Of a DNA stretch of 64,000 bases, positions 46,766 to 57,352 are shown one piece after another. The notes beneath the pieces were generated by a model that worked only from the letters and a program-made list of their open reading frames with translations, had not been told where the DNA came from and ran no database searches. Made by a program: the position numbers and the translations under genes. Source of the DNA: Patescibacteria group bacterium (lineage in GTDB: Bacteria > Patescibacteriota > Minisyncoccia > Phycocordibacterales > UBA918). The DNA lies in NCBI GenBank assembly GCA_019752815.1, contig JAIELQ010000002.1:4739-68738 (forward strand), read 5' to 3'. Every line of letters begins with the position of its first letter. The stretch's first letter is position 1.

Positions 46766-48031
46766 CTATGCTAACGGCAAAGTAATCACAAACGTCGTAC
46801 CTTCGTTTTCGACTGAGTTTACCTGAATCGTTCCACCTAATATTTCCACTGATTCTTTTACAATGTATAACCCTAAGCCCGTTCCTTCGGCCCGGTGTAA
46901 TTGGGCGTTACTGGCGCGGAAGAATTTAGTAAACAGACGCTCTAACTGTTCAGCGGGTATGCCGATGCCATTATCTGCTACGGTAATCACGATGGTGCTC
47001 GCTGTTGCGACATACCCAAATTGAATAGTAGCGTTATTTTGTACGTACTTAACTGCATTGGATAGTAAGTTACTGGTAATAATATGAAATAAACGTGTAT
47101 CAGTATTAATCATCAGGTCAGCGGGTTCAAATGTTGGCACCAGGTTAATTTGTTTCTCGGTCACTGCTTGTTGGTATTCATCAATAATAGTTGTCAGGTA
47201 CTCACGAACGTTAATGGTTTCGATAGTGGTAGCAAACGTACCAGTTTCGAGTTTTGAGACACTTAAGAAGTCATTAATCAGTGCCAACATACGACTGACA
47301 TTACGAGTAATTTTTTCGAGATAATTTTTCTGCTTATCGGAACTAGTTTCGCGCATCGTTCGTTCCAGCAACTCTACATTCCAGCGTATGGCAGCAATTG
47401 GTGTTCGTAACTGATGTGTAGCCAGAGCCACAAACTCTGATTTTGCCATATCAACTTGTTTACGGTGTGTCATATCAACGAGTGACACGAGGCGCTGATT
47501 AAACGTTTCATTAACAAACATTGACATCGACACCCAGCGTTTTTGGTCTGCAAAAGTGGCAATTTCGAATTCTGTATCAAAAAACGAAACATTGGCTTCA
47601 AGTTTACCCATGGCAATCGAGACGGCATTATCGTCAGGACTTTGCAGTCGATCAATAATGGTTTTTCCAAATATTGTTTCCGTATCTGTGTCAAGTAGCC
47701 GCAGGGCAGCCTGATTACAAGTCGTGACTTGGCCTTTTTCATCAAGTGTCAGGTATGGTACGGGGCTTTGATTATAGAGTGTGGCATAGAGTGTTCGTGA
47801 GGCATGGATTTGTTTGTCATGCTCACGCTGTAATTGTTCGTCACCTGAACTATAAAAAAGAATGTAGATAGTAAACGTACCAATAAAAATAAGCGTTTGC
47901 CACAAAAGGCTGTACGGGATCAAAAATACATTTACTAATGCAGTCAAAATACCAAACAGGGTAGTAAATACTCCTATAATAAGTGCAGTACGAAGAACTC
48001 GCGTAGATTGGTTGCTAACCATTACCTCCAT
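46766..48031 (-). CDS. Sensor histidine kinase (TM, PAS, HisKA and HATPase_c domains).
   Basis: An H-box (FVALATHQLRTPIAAI) and N/G-box ATPase motifs near the C-terminus. Two N-terminal TM helices. Confidence 0.8.
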   Translation of the reverse strand: MEVMVSNQSTRVLRTALIIGVFTTLFGILTALVNVFLIPYSLLWQTLIFIGTFTIYILFYSSGDEQLQREHDKQIHASRTLYATLYNQSPVPYLTLDEKGQVTTCNQAALRLLDTDTETIFGKTIIDRLQSPDDNAVSIAMGKLEANVSFFDTEFEIATFADQKRWVSMSMFVNETFNQRLVSLVDMTHRKQVDMAKSEFVALATHQLRTPIAAIRWNVELLERTMRETSSDKQKNYLEKITRNVSRMLALINDFLSVSKLETGTFATTIETINVREYLTTIIDEYQQAVTEKQINLVPTFEPADLMINTDTRLFHIITSNLLSNAVKYVQNNATIQFGYVATASTIVITVADNGIGIPAEQLERLFTKFFRASNAQLHRAEGTGLGLYIVKESVEILGGTIQVNSVENEGTTFVITLPLA

Positions 48032-48115
48032 ATGCTTCTATGGTAGCACTCTATAACCATATACTTGGCTACAGTCTGTATATAGTGAAATAAAATGATG
48101 TGATATACTTTTTTT

Positions 48116-48499
48116 ATGAATAAGCATATCTTGGTAGTTGAAGACGAGCCAGACCTTCGCGAAGCGATGGTCGAAGTATTAACCGAAGCTGGCTTTAATG
48201 TTTCAGCTGCCGCTGATGGTGCCTCAGGTCTTGATACTGCCATCGTTGAAAAACCAGATTTGATTTTAATGGACTTGATGATGCCAATTATGGATGGACA
48301 CGAAATGTTACGACGGTTACGACTAGACCCTTGGGGCAGAACTGCGCATGTGGTTGTATTGTCGGCAATGGATGATGTCGCTAATATCGGCCATGCGCAT
48401 GAAGCCAAGCTTGAGGATTACATTATCAAAGCCCACACCAGCCTCGACGAACTGGTTAAAAAAGTACGTGAGTTTATAGCGATAGCAGACAGCCGCTAA
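48116..48499 (+). CDS. Stand-alone response-regulator receiver domain (CheY-like).
   Basis: ILVVEDEPDLRE...LILMDLMMPIMDGHEML. No output domain. Confidence 0.75.
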   Translation: MNKHILVVEDEPDLREAMVEVLTEAGFNVSAAADGASGLDTAIVEKPDLILMDLMMPIMDGHEMLRRLRLDPWGRTAHVVVLSAMDDVANIGHAHEAKLEDYIIKAHTSLDELVKKVREFIAIADSR

Positions 48500-48809
48500 G
48501 TTTTTTAACAAACTGGTCGCGGTTTACAAAATTTGTAATCAGAGTACGATTATTGGGCATGAAATAGGGAGGAAACACATGCGTGAAAAGAAGCCGTTCT
48601 TTAACTCGTTTGATTCTGTTGCTGTACCGGCAATACTTCTGCTCATATTTCTTGGAGTAGTCGTCGCCTTGCCGGCAGTACAAAATATTTGATTCGCGTA
48701 TACGCGAACATCGAGCACTGCTCTAAGGCGTTCCCTTCTTGGAACGCCTTTGACTATTTATATATTCACGGCATAATGAGTGTCTACTAGCTAACTGAGT
48801 ACCACCACT

Positions 48810-51641
48810 ATGCACAAAAAGTTTGATTCCGGAGAAATAGAAAAGAAATGGCAAAACCTCTGGAAAGAACGTGGTATCTACAATGTTGGCGCTCGTGACC
48901 TCACCAAACCAAAATCATACGTGCTCGTTGAATGGCCCTATCCATCTGGGAATCTCCACATTGGTCACTGGTATGCCTTTGCGGTACCTGATATCTATGC
49001 TCGTTATAAGCGAATGACTGGTCACCAGACACTCTACCCAATGGGGTTTGATGCATTTGGATTGCCGGCAGAAAACGCGGCGATTAAACGTAACCTCGAT
49101 CCCAAAGATTGGACGTATTCGAACATGGCATTTATGCGTGAACAGCTCGAGCGCATGGGGAATATGTTTAGTTGGGATATGACAACCAACTCAACCGACC
49201 AAGACTACTACAAATGGACCCAGTGGATGTTCACCCAGTTTTTTGAGCGTGGTATCGCGTATCGCGGCAAGGGAATTGTAAACTGGTGCCCGGGATGTAA
49301 TACCGCAGTAGCTAATGAACAGGTGTTGGCGGACGGTACCTGTGAACGCTCAGGTGACGTGATTGAAAAACGAGAAATGCCACAATGGATGATGAAAATC
49401 ACTGACTACGCTGATCGGTTAATTGATGATCTGGATACCCTCGATTGGCCAGAACATATCAAAGAGTCCCAGCGACAGTGGATTGGTCGAAGTAAGGGTG
49501 CCAAGTTAACGTTTAACCTCTCTGTTAACAGAAAGGTCGAAGTTTTTACAACTAGACCAGATACATTATTCGGGGCTACCTACCTCGTTATTGCACCCGA
49601 ACATCCTTTACTTAATGACTCAGAAGTTCGAGGCGAGACCTCGAATTTGGTTGATGTTGATGCCTATATCAAAACTGCTACTCAAAAAGCCGAACAAGAC
49701 CGTCTTGATGCCACCAAAGAGAAAACCGGGGTGAAGCTCGAGGGTATTACCGCTACCAATCCCGCAAGTGGCGAATCAATTCCGGTGTATGTGGCTGATT
49801 ATGTACTAGGTGGCTATGGTACCGGCGCCATTATGGCTGTACCGGCACACGATGAACGCGATCATGCTTTTGCTACCAAATTTGGGTTACCAATTAAACA
49901 AGTTGTAGCAACCCATTTTATTAAACGTGACGATATAACCAGGACTAGAATAGGTGTCTACGGCCTGATTGAACAGGCAGGAAAATACTTAATCCAGCAT
50001 TTTACAAAGGATGATTTTTACTGGCTCCCAGGAGGTGGTCTCGATCAGGGTGAAACATTTGAAGAAGGTTTGGTTCGTGAGCTCAATGAAGAAACACCAT
50101 ATACTGACTTCAAAATAAATTCGCCGTTAACTGTAGGAATTATTGATACTCAATCAAGTCATAGTGGAGATTCTATTCGAAACATTACCAATGTATTTTC
50201 AGTTGAAATTGCATCAACAAACGAGTCACCGACCGCACTCACCGAGTCCGAAGTGTTGGACGGTATCGAAATGCACTGGCTCAGTAAAAGTGAAATTCTC
50301 AAATTGCAATCAAAATTTGAACCTGAAAGAGTACACCTAATCATTGAGGCTATCGAAAAATATGAGGGAATGATCAAAACTTCAGCAGGCACACTAGTAA
50401 ACTCTGGTGAATTCGATGGGATGGATTCAGAGGAGGCTAAAGAAAAAATTGTTGCGAAAGTCGGTGGGGAAATGACCTCGACCTACCGATTACGTGATTG
50501 GTCTATTGGTCGTCAGCGGTATTGGGGTGTACCAATTCCAATAGTGTATTCGCCAGAAGGTGTTGCCCATATCGTACCTAAAGAACATCTACCGTGGGTG
50601 CTGCCCGCAGACGTTGATTTTAAACCAACCGGTATTGCGCCGTTAGCTAAAAGTGAGGCACTCAAGAAACGGACGGAAGAAATATTCGGGACAGGGTGGA
50701 CACCAGAAGTAGAAACCATGGATACATTCGTTGATTCGTCATGGTATTTCTTGCGATACTTTGATAACCAAAACAACGAATCACTCTCATCGCTCGAAAA
50801 ACAAAAAGAGTGGATGCCAATTGATATGTATTTTGGTGGAGCCGAACACACAACGATGCACTTACTGTATTCTCGGTTCTGGCAGAAAGCACTGTTTGAT
50901 CTTGGACTCGTAGCAGACAACGAACCATACAAACGTCGTATTAATCACGGGATGATTTTGGGTCCTGACGGAAACAAAATGAGTAAGAGTAAAGGAAACG
51001 TAGTAGACCCTGATGAACAGGTGGCACGAGTTGGTGCTGATACAGTTAAAATGTATCTGGCATTTATGGGACCATACGCGGATAGTAGTTATCCCTGGGA
51101 TATGGGTGGGCTCGCCGGGGTGCGACGTTTTTTGGAACGAGTATATGGACTAACTGAACATATTATAGAATCGGAGCCAGAAACTGTTACGAGACAGCTA
51201 CATAAGACCATTACGAAAGTAGGAACTGATATTAGTGAGTTTAAATTCAACACCGCCATTTCAGCGATGATGATTCTCGTTAACCAATGCGAGAAAGAGG
51301 GAATACGTCGAGAATCATATGAGGCATTTGTAAAAATGCTCGCTCCATTTGCTCCGCATATTACCGAACAGATCTGGTCTGAACTCGGTAATAGCGAATC
51401 AATCCACCTCCAGACATTCCCAATTGCAGACCCAGCTTTGGCAATTGATTTATCGGTTATTATCGGCGTACAAATAAACGGAAAATTGCGTGGTCAAATA
51501 GAGGTCGCTCCTGATGCCACCGAAACAGAAGTAATAAATGCCGTACAAGACAATCCACAATTACAAGAAAAGTTACTGACTGGCACTCTGGCCAAAGTTA
51601 TATATGTGCCTGGACGGATCCTGAACCTTATTGTGAAATAA
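48810..51641 (+). CDS. leuS: Leucyl-tRNA synthetase with an inserted NUDIX domain.
   Basis: HIGH (LHIGHWYAF) and KMSKS (NKMSKSKGN) motifs. Editing-domain motifs (TTRPDT, GTGAIMAVPAHDERD). An extra ~160-aa segment contains a complete Nudix box. Confidence 0.9.
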   Translation: MHKKFDSGEIEKKWQNLWKERGIYNVGARDLTKPKSYVLVEWPYPSGNLHIGHWYAFAVPDIYARYKRMTGHQTLYPMGFDAFGLPAENAAIKRNLDPKDWTYSNMAFMREQLERMGNMFSWDMTTNSTDQDYYKWTQWMFTQFFERGIAYRGKGIVNWCPGCNTAVANEQVLADGTCERSGDVIEKREMPQWMMKITDYADRLIDDLDTLDWPEHIKESQRQWIGRSKGAKLTFNLSVNRKVEVFTTRPDTLFGATYLVIAPEHPLLNDSEVRGETSNLVDVDAYIKTATQKAEQDRLDATKEKTGVKLEGITATNPASGESIPVYVADYVLGGYGTGAIMAVPAHDERDHAFATKFGLPIKQVVATHFIKRDDITRTRIGVYGLIEQAGKYLIQHFTKDDFYWLPGGGLDQGETFEEGLVRELNEETPYTDFKINSPLTVGIIDTQSSHSGDSIRNITNVFSVEIASTNESPTALTESEVLDGIEMHWLSKSEILKLQSKFEPERVHLIIEAIEKYEGMIKTSAGTLVNSGEFDGMDSEEAKEKIVAKVGGEMTSTYRLRDWSIGRQRYWGVPIPIVYSPEGVAHIVPKEHLPWVLPADVDFKPTGIAPLAKSEALKKRTEEIFGTGWTPEVETMDTFVDSSWYFLRYFDNQNNESLSSLEKQKEWMPIDMYFGGAEHTTMHLLYSRFWQKALFDLGLVADNEPYKRRINHGMILGPDGNKMSKSKGNVVDPDEQVARVGADTVKMYLAFMGPYADSSYPWDMGGLAGVRRFLERVYGLTEHIIESEPETVTRQLHKTITKVGTDISEFKFNTAISAMMILVNQCEKEGIRRESYEAFVKMLAPFAPHITEQIWSELGNSESIHLQTFPIADPALAIDLSVIIGVQINGKLRGQIEVAPDATETEVINAVQDNPQLQEKLLTGTLAKVIYVPGRILNLIVK

Positions 51642-51736
51642 CCCCCGTACTACTATTTGACGTATTTCAATTGGCATGATATAAATACGGACACGCATTG
51701 AGGTAAACTCTTAATTAACAAGCTTTAGCAACACTT

Positions 51737-52762
51737 ATGATTACGTTCAAACCAAAACAAGTCACCAAAAAACTACTCGCCGCACTCCCTGAACGGGCCC
51801 GCGACGTGCTCACAAAACGGTACGGCTTGAATGCCGCGAGCGAGACTTTTACGCTTGAAGCCATTGGGCAGTCCTACGGCATCACTCGTGAACGTGTCCG
51901 CCAAATTGAAAATTACGGCATCGCGTCAATCCAAAAATCTCCGGTATATGCCGAACATGCTGAACTGTTCGCCGAACTACACGAGCTCATCAAGCAGCTC
52001 GGTGGTGGTGTGGTAGCTGAACATGTCCTCTTGGATAATTTAGCACCAGACGAATCAACTCGAAATCACCTCTATTTCATCTTGGTAGTAGGAGACGCCT
52101 TCTACAAGGGCAAGGAAAACCCTCTCTACGCGCACCGCTGGTTTACCGAAAAGAAAATTGCCGATACGGTAGAAAAAGCTCTTAAGAACGTACACGGGAC
52201 CCTCAATCGTGATGACCTCGTTTCAGAACAAGAAATTCTTAATCGCTTCCGCGCTGAGCTCATTGAACTAGCTGACAAACACGATGATGAGACACTCAAG
52301 CGTTGGTTGTCTATCTCAAAACAAATCGCTCAGAATCCACTCGGCGACTGGGGACCAAGTGACAGTCCAAACGTTCGCGTTAAAGGTATTCGAGACTACG
52401 CATACTTAGCTGTTAAACGTCACGGTTCACCAATGCACTTCAAAGAAGTATCGGAATCAATCAAGGAGCTATTCAAACACAAAGCGCACGTCGCCACTAC
52501 CCACAACGAACTCATCAAAGATGCTCGTTTTGTACTCGTCGGCCGTGGACTCTATGCACTCACTGAATGGGGATACACCGCTGGAGTAGTAAAGGATGTA
52601 TTACGAGAAATCCTAGCAAACGATGGTCCACTCTCACGAGAAGAACTTATCGACAAGGTACGAAAAGAACGCTACGTCAAAGACAACACGATTGTGGTAA
52701 ACCTCCAGGACACAAACTTGTTTAAACGACTGAGTAACGGAACATACACATTGGCTGAATAA
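51737..52762 (+). CDS. Protein with an N-terminal sigma-70 region-4-like HTH.
   Basis: LTKRYGL...TLEAIGQSYGITRERVRQIE resembles the sigma70 region 4 consensus. The rest is unassigned. Confidence 0.45.
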   Translation: MITFKPKQVTKKLLAALPERARDVLTKRYGLNAASETFTLEAIGQSYGITRERVRQIENYGIASIQKSPVYAEHAELFAELHELIKQLGGGVVAEHVLLDNLAPDESTRNHLYFILVVGDAFYKGKENPLYAHRWFTEKKIADTVEKALKNVHGTLNRDDLVSEQEILNRFRAELIELADKHDDETLKRWLSISKQIAQNPLGDWGPSDSPNVRVKGIRDYAYLAVKRHGSPMHFKEVSESIKELFKHKAHVATTHNELIKDARFVLVGRGLYALTEWGYTAGVVKDVLREILANDGPLSREELIDKVRKERYVKDNTIVVNLQDTNLFKRLSNGTYTLAE

Positions 52763-52870
52763 TTAAATACACAGCGAGCAATTCCCAGCCCTCAGTTTGA
52801 GTAGCTGGGAATTGCATTTGGTGAAAAGAATATAAATTAATTCGAGAGTAAGGTACAATAATCACAACAT

Positions 52871-54205
52871 ATGGGAGACCTCTTTAAAGTCCTCGGCGGA
52901 ATCATAGCAGCACCAGTCATTCTTATAACTGCTTTTTTTGTGATGCGGTATACGTTTTCGGTCATGGGTATCGATATGGGCCCGGTGGTTTCTATCATGG
53001 TGGCACTCACGCCCATTTGGCTTCCGTTTGTTTTATTTTTCTTGCTCTATGACAAATGGATGGAATACATTCACGTTAAGTACCGAGTCAGCCAAGGAAG
53101 ATCTACTTTGCGGATTAAAATCCCAAGCGAAACATTCAAATCACCTGAAGCCATGGAGAACGTGCTCAGCATGGTGTACAACGTACAATCCTCTGATAAC
53201 TTGTGGCAAACCTACATTGACGGCAAACACCCGCTTATCATGTCACTGGAGATTGTCTCAATTGGAGGTGATGTACGGTTATACATAAACTGCCCAACTA
53301 AAAAAGTGAAAAATGCCGTTGAGGCACAACTCTATGCCCAATATCCCGGGGTAGAAGTGGTAGAGGAAGAATTTGATTACACTGCAGAAATCGTACCGAA
53401 TCACGATAAATACGATATGTTTGCCCTGCACCACAAACAAAAGGGTGAGGAGGTTTTCCCGATTAAAACCTATATAGATTTCGGGTTAGATAAACTTCCA
53501 AAAGAAGAATTCAAACTCGATCCAATGGCTCCCATGATTGAACATATCGGAACCTGTAAACCATACGAACGACTGTGGATTCAAATTTTATGTATCCCAC
53601 ATACCAAGAAAAATTTCAAAAACGGACATCTGCAAGGGCATGATACGTGGGAACATGAAGTACGTGCAAAAATTGATGAAATGATGGGTCGGGGTCATGA
53701 CCACACTGGTCCGGCAGAGCTCGAAAACCAACCTCGTCTCACCACCGGCGAACGAAATATTATTGAATCAATGGAACGCAATGTTTCAAAAACTGCTTAT
53801 GAGGTGGCAATTCGATGGGTCTATGTTACTAAAAAAGGAGCCTTCAACGGGAATTTTATCGCTCCATTGATTCGTACGTTCTCACAATACGACGTTATCG
53901 GACGGAACCAGCTTGGTGTGGCGTGGCGTACTGACTTTGACTACAACATGTTCCAAGACTATTCGGGCAAGAAAAAACGCCGCTTAAAAATTGAAGAAGT
54001 AAATCACTACAAAACACGCCAGCCAATGCATGGCTCTGGGTTAAATGGTACACCATCAATGAAATTCCAAGTTATGTCCGTGGAGGAATTGGCCACCATG
54101 TTCCACATTCCAAGTAGTACCGTGATGACTCCAGGTTTATCGCGTATCCCATCAACTCGAAAAGAAGCTCCGTCAAACCTACCAATTGGTACTCCATCAC
54201 TGTAA
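52871..54205 (+). CDS. Hypothetical membrane-anchored protein of 444 aa.
   Basis: Two N-terminal TM helices. No recognisable family. Confidence 0.45.
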   Translation: MGDLFKVLGGIIAAPVILITAFFVMRYTFSVMGIDMGPVVSIMVALTPIWLPFVLFFLLYDKWMEYIHVKYRVSQGRSTLRIKIPSETFKSPEAMENVLSMVYNVQSSDNLWQTYIDGKHPLIMSLEIVSIGGDVRLYINCPTKKVKNAVEAQLYAQYPGVEVVEEEFDYTAEIVPNHDKYDMFALHHKQKGEEVFPIKTYIDFGLDKLPKEEFKLDPMAPMIEHIGTCKPYERLWIQILCIPHTKKNFKNGHLQGHDTWEHEVRAKIDEMMGRGHDHTGPAELENQPRLTTGERNIIESMERNVSKTAYEVAIRWVYVTKKGAFNGNFIAPLIRTFSQYDVIGRNQLGVAWRTDFDYNMFQDYSGKKKRRLKIEEVNHYKTRQPMHGSGLNGTPSMKFQVMSVEELATMFHIPSSTVMTPGLSRIPSTRKEAPSNLPIGTPSL

Positions 54206-54214
54206 TAGTATTTT

Positions 54215-55237
54215 ATGCCTCCCATTGTTCCTGACTACACAAACGAAATACCCTCATTACAAACAGAACCTCGCAAAACAAAACGTGGATTAATTTTGCT
54301 AATCTCTCTCGGGATGGCTTTACTAGCGTTACTGGTCATAAGCATGTACCTACGAACACTCACTCAACCACCTGCTAATTTCCCAATTGGGACGAGTATC
54401 GAAATTGAACCAGGCACGAGCATTTCTGCAATTACCCAACAACTTGAAGATCAGAACATCATTAAATCAGGACTCTTGCTCTATATCGTTCTCCTGACAA
54501 ACTACGAGCCAGAAAATGTCAAAGCTAGCACATATTACTTTGATGCTCCACTCAGTGTCTTTGCAGTGGCCGATACGTTAGTCACGGGTGATTTTAACTC
54601 CAACCTCTTATCATTTACCCACATAGAAGGTGAGCGCGCCTCACACGTAGCCGAGAATGCCGCAGGGGTACTTACAGATTTTGATGCAGAGGAGTTTATG
54701 AAGCTCGCCAGTACGTCAGAAGGAAAGTTGTTTCCGGAGACCTATCGAATTCCCAAAGACTTTACTGAAGAAGAACTGTTTACATTAATGCTCGAAACGT
54801 ACGAGAAAAACATTGCGCCACTACGAGAACAATTTAAACTCGTTGACCTCACTGAGAATGAAGTCGTGATCCTGGCTTCAATTATCGAACGTGAAGCAAA
54901 TTCTGTTGAATCTATGAAAATGGTCTCCGGTATTTTGCAAAACCGCATACGAATTGGTATGGGGCTCCAAGTTGATGCCTCAATGGAATACGTCCTCGAT
55001 AAACCGCTGCGTGAGCTCACGGCAGAAGATTTAAAAATGGATAGTCCCTACAACACGTATCTCTACCGCGGACTAACACCCACCGCCATTGGTAACCCCG
55101 GACTAGATGCCATTACAGCGGTACTTGAACCAACCCCGTCTGAGTATATGTTCTATATTACTGGTGATGATGGGAACTTCTATTACGCGGAAACATTTGA
55201 TGAACATAAGGTAAATATTGCCCGACATCTGAGGTAA
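54215..55237 (+). CDS. mltG: Endolytic murein transglycosylase MltG (YceG family).
   Basis: An N-terminal TM helix and C-terminal YceG motifs (YRGLTPTAIGNPGLDAI...YYFY...G.H.F). Confidence 0.7.
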   Translation: MPPIVPDYTNEIPSLQTEPRKTKRGLILLISLGMALLALLVISMYLRTLTQPPANFPIGTSIEIEPGTSISAITQQLEDQNIIKSGLLLYIVLLTNYEPENVKASTYYFDAPLSVFAVADTLVTGDFNSNLLSFTHIEGERASHVAENAAGVLTDFDAEEFMKLASTSEGKLFPETYRIPKDFTEEELFTLMLETYEKNIAPLREQFKLVDLTENEVVILASIIEREANSVESMKMVSGILQNRIRIGMGLQVDASMEYVLDKPLRELTAEDLKMDSPYNTYLYRGLTPTAIGNPGLDAITAVLEPTPSEYMFYITGDDGNFYYAETFDEHKVNIARHLR

Positions 55238-55243
55238 GTTTGT

Positions 55244-55326
55244 GGTTACATAGTTTAATGGTTACATAGTTACATTGTTACTATACAACGTTGCAACCAT
55301 TAAACTATTTAACTATTTAACTATTT
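55244..55326. repeat. Intergenic short repeats.
   Basis: GGTTACATAGTT appears twice (55244 and 55260). AACTATTT appears three times in tandem (55303-55326). An inverted pair TTAATGGTT / AACCATTAA is also present. Confidence 0.4.
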
Positions 55327-55358
55327 AGTAAAAAAAATGTATAGTACGTTTTATATAC

Positions 55359-56420
55359 ATGGACACAAACAAATCAGTTTTTGTAGGACTCTCAGGAGGA
55401 GTCGATTCCTCAGTGGCAGCACTGCGTTTATTAAACGCGGGATACGATGTTACGGGAGTATTTATCAAGGTCTGGCACCCGGATTTTTTGGTGTGTAACT
55501 GGGAACAGGAACGACTGGATGCAATGCGCGTGGCAGCCAAACTTGGTATTCCATTTTTGACGTGTGATGCCGAGGCCGAGTACCGTGATGCTGTGGCGCA
55601 CTATTTTATCGAGAGCTACCGCGCCGGACTAACACCAAATCCCGATGTCATGTGCAACAAAGAAGTTAAATTCGGAGCGTTCTATCGGTTTGCGCGCGAA
55701 CGAGGAGCAGACTACATCGCAACCGGCCACTACGCCCAGACAGTGAGAAAGGGAAGCGATACGAAAATGCACCGAGGCGTTGATACTAACAAGGATCAAA
55801 GTTATTTCTTATGGACACTCACAAATGAAATACTCGATCACGTTCTATTTCCGGTTGGTGACACCACAAAAGATCTCATCCGTGCCGAGGCAGCTGAGGC
55901 AGGTCTACTAACAGCAGAAAAGCGTGACAGCCAAGGAGTGTGTTTCTTGGGGCATATTGATATTCCCGATTTTCTCTCGCACTACATTAATTTGGAAGAA
56001 GGTGATGTGCTTGATGAGAGTGGTGCAGTTATCGGTAGTCACAAAGGTGCGTTTGTATACACCATTGGGCAGCGCCAGGGATTTACCCTACATGACCACA
56101 ACCCCAACCGAGCACCAAAGTACGTAGTGGCTAAAAATACCACCGAAAATACTGTTACTGTTTCCGACACACAGCCGGTATTACAAACTGACGACACCCT
56201 CACACTCACACAGGTAAATACCACTGCTACTATTGCTATAGGGGATATACTGAGCGCACAAAGTCGCTACCGTCAGAAACCATTTACCGTTGAAGTTATT
56301 TCTATAACAGATACAACAATGAACCTGCAGGTAAAAAATCAAAGTGAAGCAACTGCTCTCGGTCAATCATGTGTATTATACCGGGGTGAACAATGTGTCG
56401 GGGGTGGTATTATTTCCTAG
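55359..56420 (+). CDS. mnmA: tRNA-specific 2-thiouridylase MnmA.
   Basis: The PP-loop (GLSGGVDSSVAA) and the catalytic Cys region (GVCFLG). Confidence 0.85.
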   Translation: MDTNKSVFVGLSGGVDSSVAALRLLNAGYDVTGVFIKVWHPDFLVCNWEQERLDAMRVAAKLGIPFLTCDAEAEYRDAVAHYFIESYRAGLTPNPDVMCNKEVKFGAFYRFARERGADYIATGHYAQTVRKGSDTKMHRGVDTNKDQSYFLWTLTNEILDHVLFPVGDTTKDLIRAEAAEAGLLTAEKRDSQGVCFLGHIDIPDFLSHYINLEEGDVLDESGAVIGSHKGAFVYTIGQRQGFTLHDHNPNRAPKYVVAKNTTENTVTVSDTQPVLQTDDTLTLTQVNTTATIAIGDILSAQSRYRQKPFTVEVISITDTTMNLQVKNQSEATALGQSCVLYRGEQCVGGGIIS

Positions 56421-57265
56421 TGTCAATTACGGTAACCAAAGCTGATGGAAGTACCGAGTACTTATCTCTTGAAAACTCACGCGGGTCACCCCGGCCAGCT
56501 GCCCCAACCCCACCCGAACTCTCGACGATTATTGCCGCGATTGAAAAGCGACTGTACGACGGTATAACGACCCAGGCCATCTACCGCCTGGCGTTTGAAC
56601 TCCTGCGTCACACCGAACAAAAAGCTGCTACCCGTTATTCACTTAGGCGGGCCCTCTTCGGTTTAGGTCCAACCGGCTTTCCCTTTGAGCGGTACCTCGG
56701 TCGAGTCTTTGAAGCCGAGGGCTACACCACAAAAACTGGTATCCTCGTCCCAGGCCACTGTGCCGAACATGAAATCGATGTGGCCGCCTATAAAACGGAA
56801 CACAGTTTCGTAGCCGAAGCCAAATTCCATGCTCGCCCAGGTATCAAAACTGATTTACAGGTGGCAATGTATTCGTATGCCCGATTACTTGATCTGCGTG
56901 ACGCTACCATTTGTACTGATGATATTTGCGGTATCAAAGAATTCTGGCTCATCACAAACACCAAATTTACCTCGGCTGCCGAAAAATATGCTAACTGTGT
57001 GGGACTCACTATTCTGAGTTGGGATTACCCTCGCAAAAATAACTTACATGACCGGATTCAGCGACTCGGTGTCTATCCAATCACAGTACTATCAAGTCTC
57101 TCACCGAGCCAGGTCGCTACCTTACTGCAACATGACTGTATTTTATGTAGTGATATCGTCGAGAAACCCCATATGTTACGTTACTTGCACACCACACCAA
57201 GTAAAGTTGAGGCAATTATCGCCGAAGCTACCGGAATTGGAGCCGGAGGAGTGGTAAACCGTTAA
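56393..57265 (+). CDS. ATP-cone domain fused to an Mrr-like restriction-endonuclease catalytic domain.
   Basis: The N-terminus (VTKADGSTEYLSLEN) is ATP-cone-like. A central D...ExK-type motif (GHCAEHEIDVAAY...VAEAKFH) resembles the Mrr catalytic domain. Confidence 0.45.
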   Translation: MCRGWYYFLVSITVTKADGSTEYLSLENSRGSPRPAAPTPPELSTIIAAIEKRLYDGITTQAIYRLAFELLRHTEQKAATRYSLRRALFGLGPTGFPFERYLGRVFEAEGYTTKTGILVPGHCAEHEIDVAAYKTEHSFVAEAKFHARPGIKTDLQVAMYSYARLLDLRDATICTDDICGIKEFWLITNTKFTSAAEKYANCVGLTILSWDYPRKNNLHDRIQRLGVYPITVLSSLSPSQVATLLQHDCILCSDIVEKPHMLRYLHTTPSKVEAIIAEATGIGAGGVVNR

Positions 57266-57352
57266 AAGCAACTTGTGTCAATACTTGTTTGACCTCCTTT
57301 GAGTGATATAATCTCATTATTATCCTTATTTCAGCAATTCATAACAAGTTAT

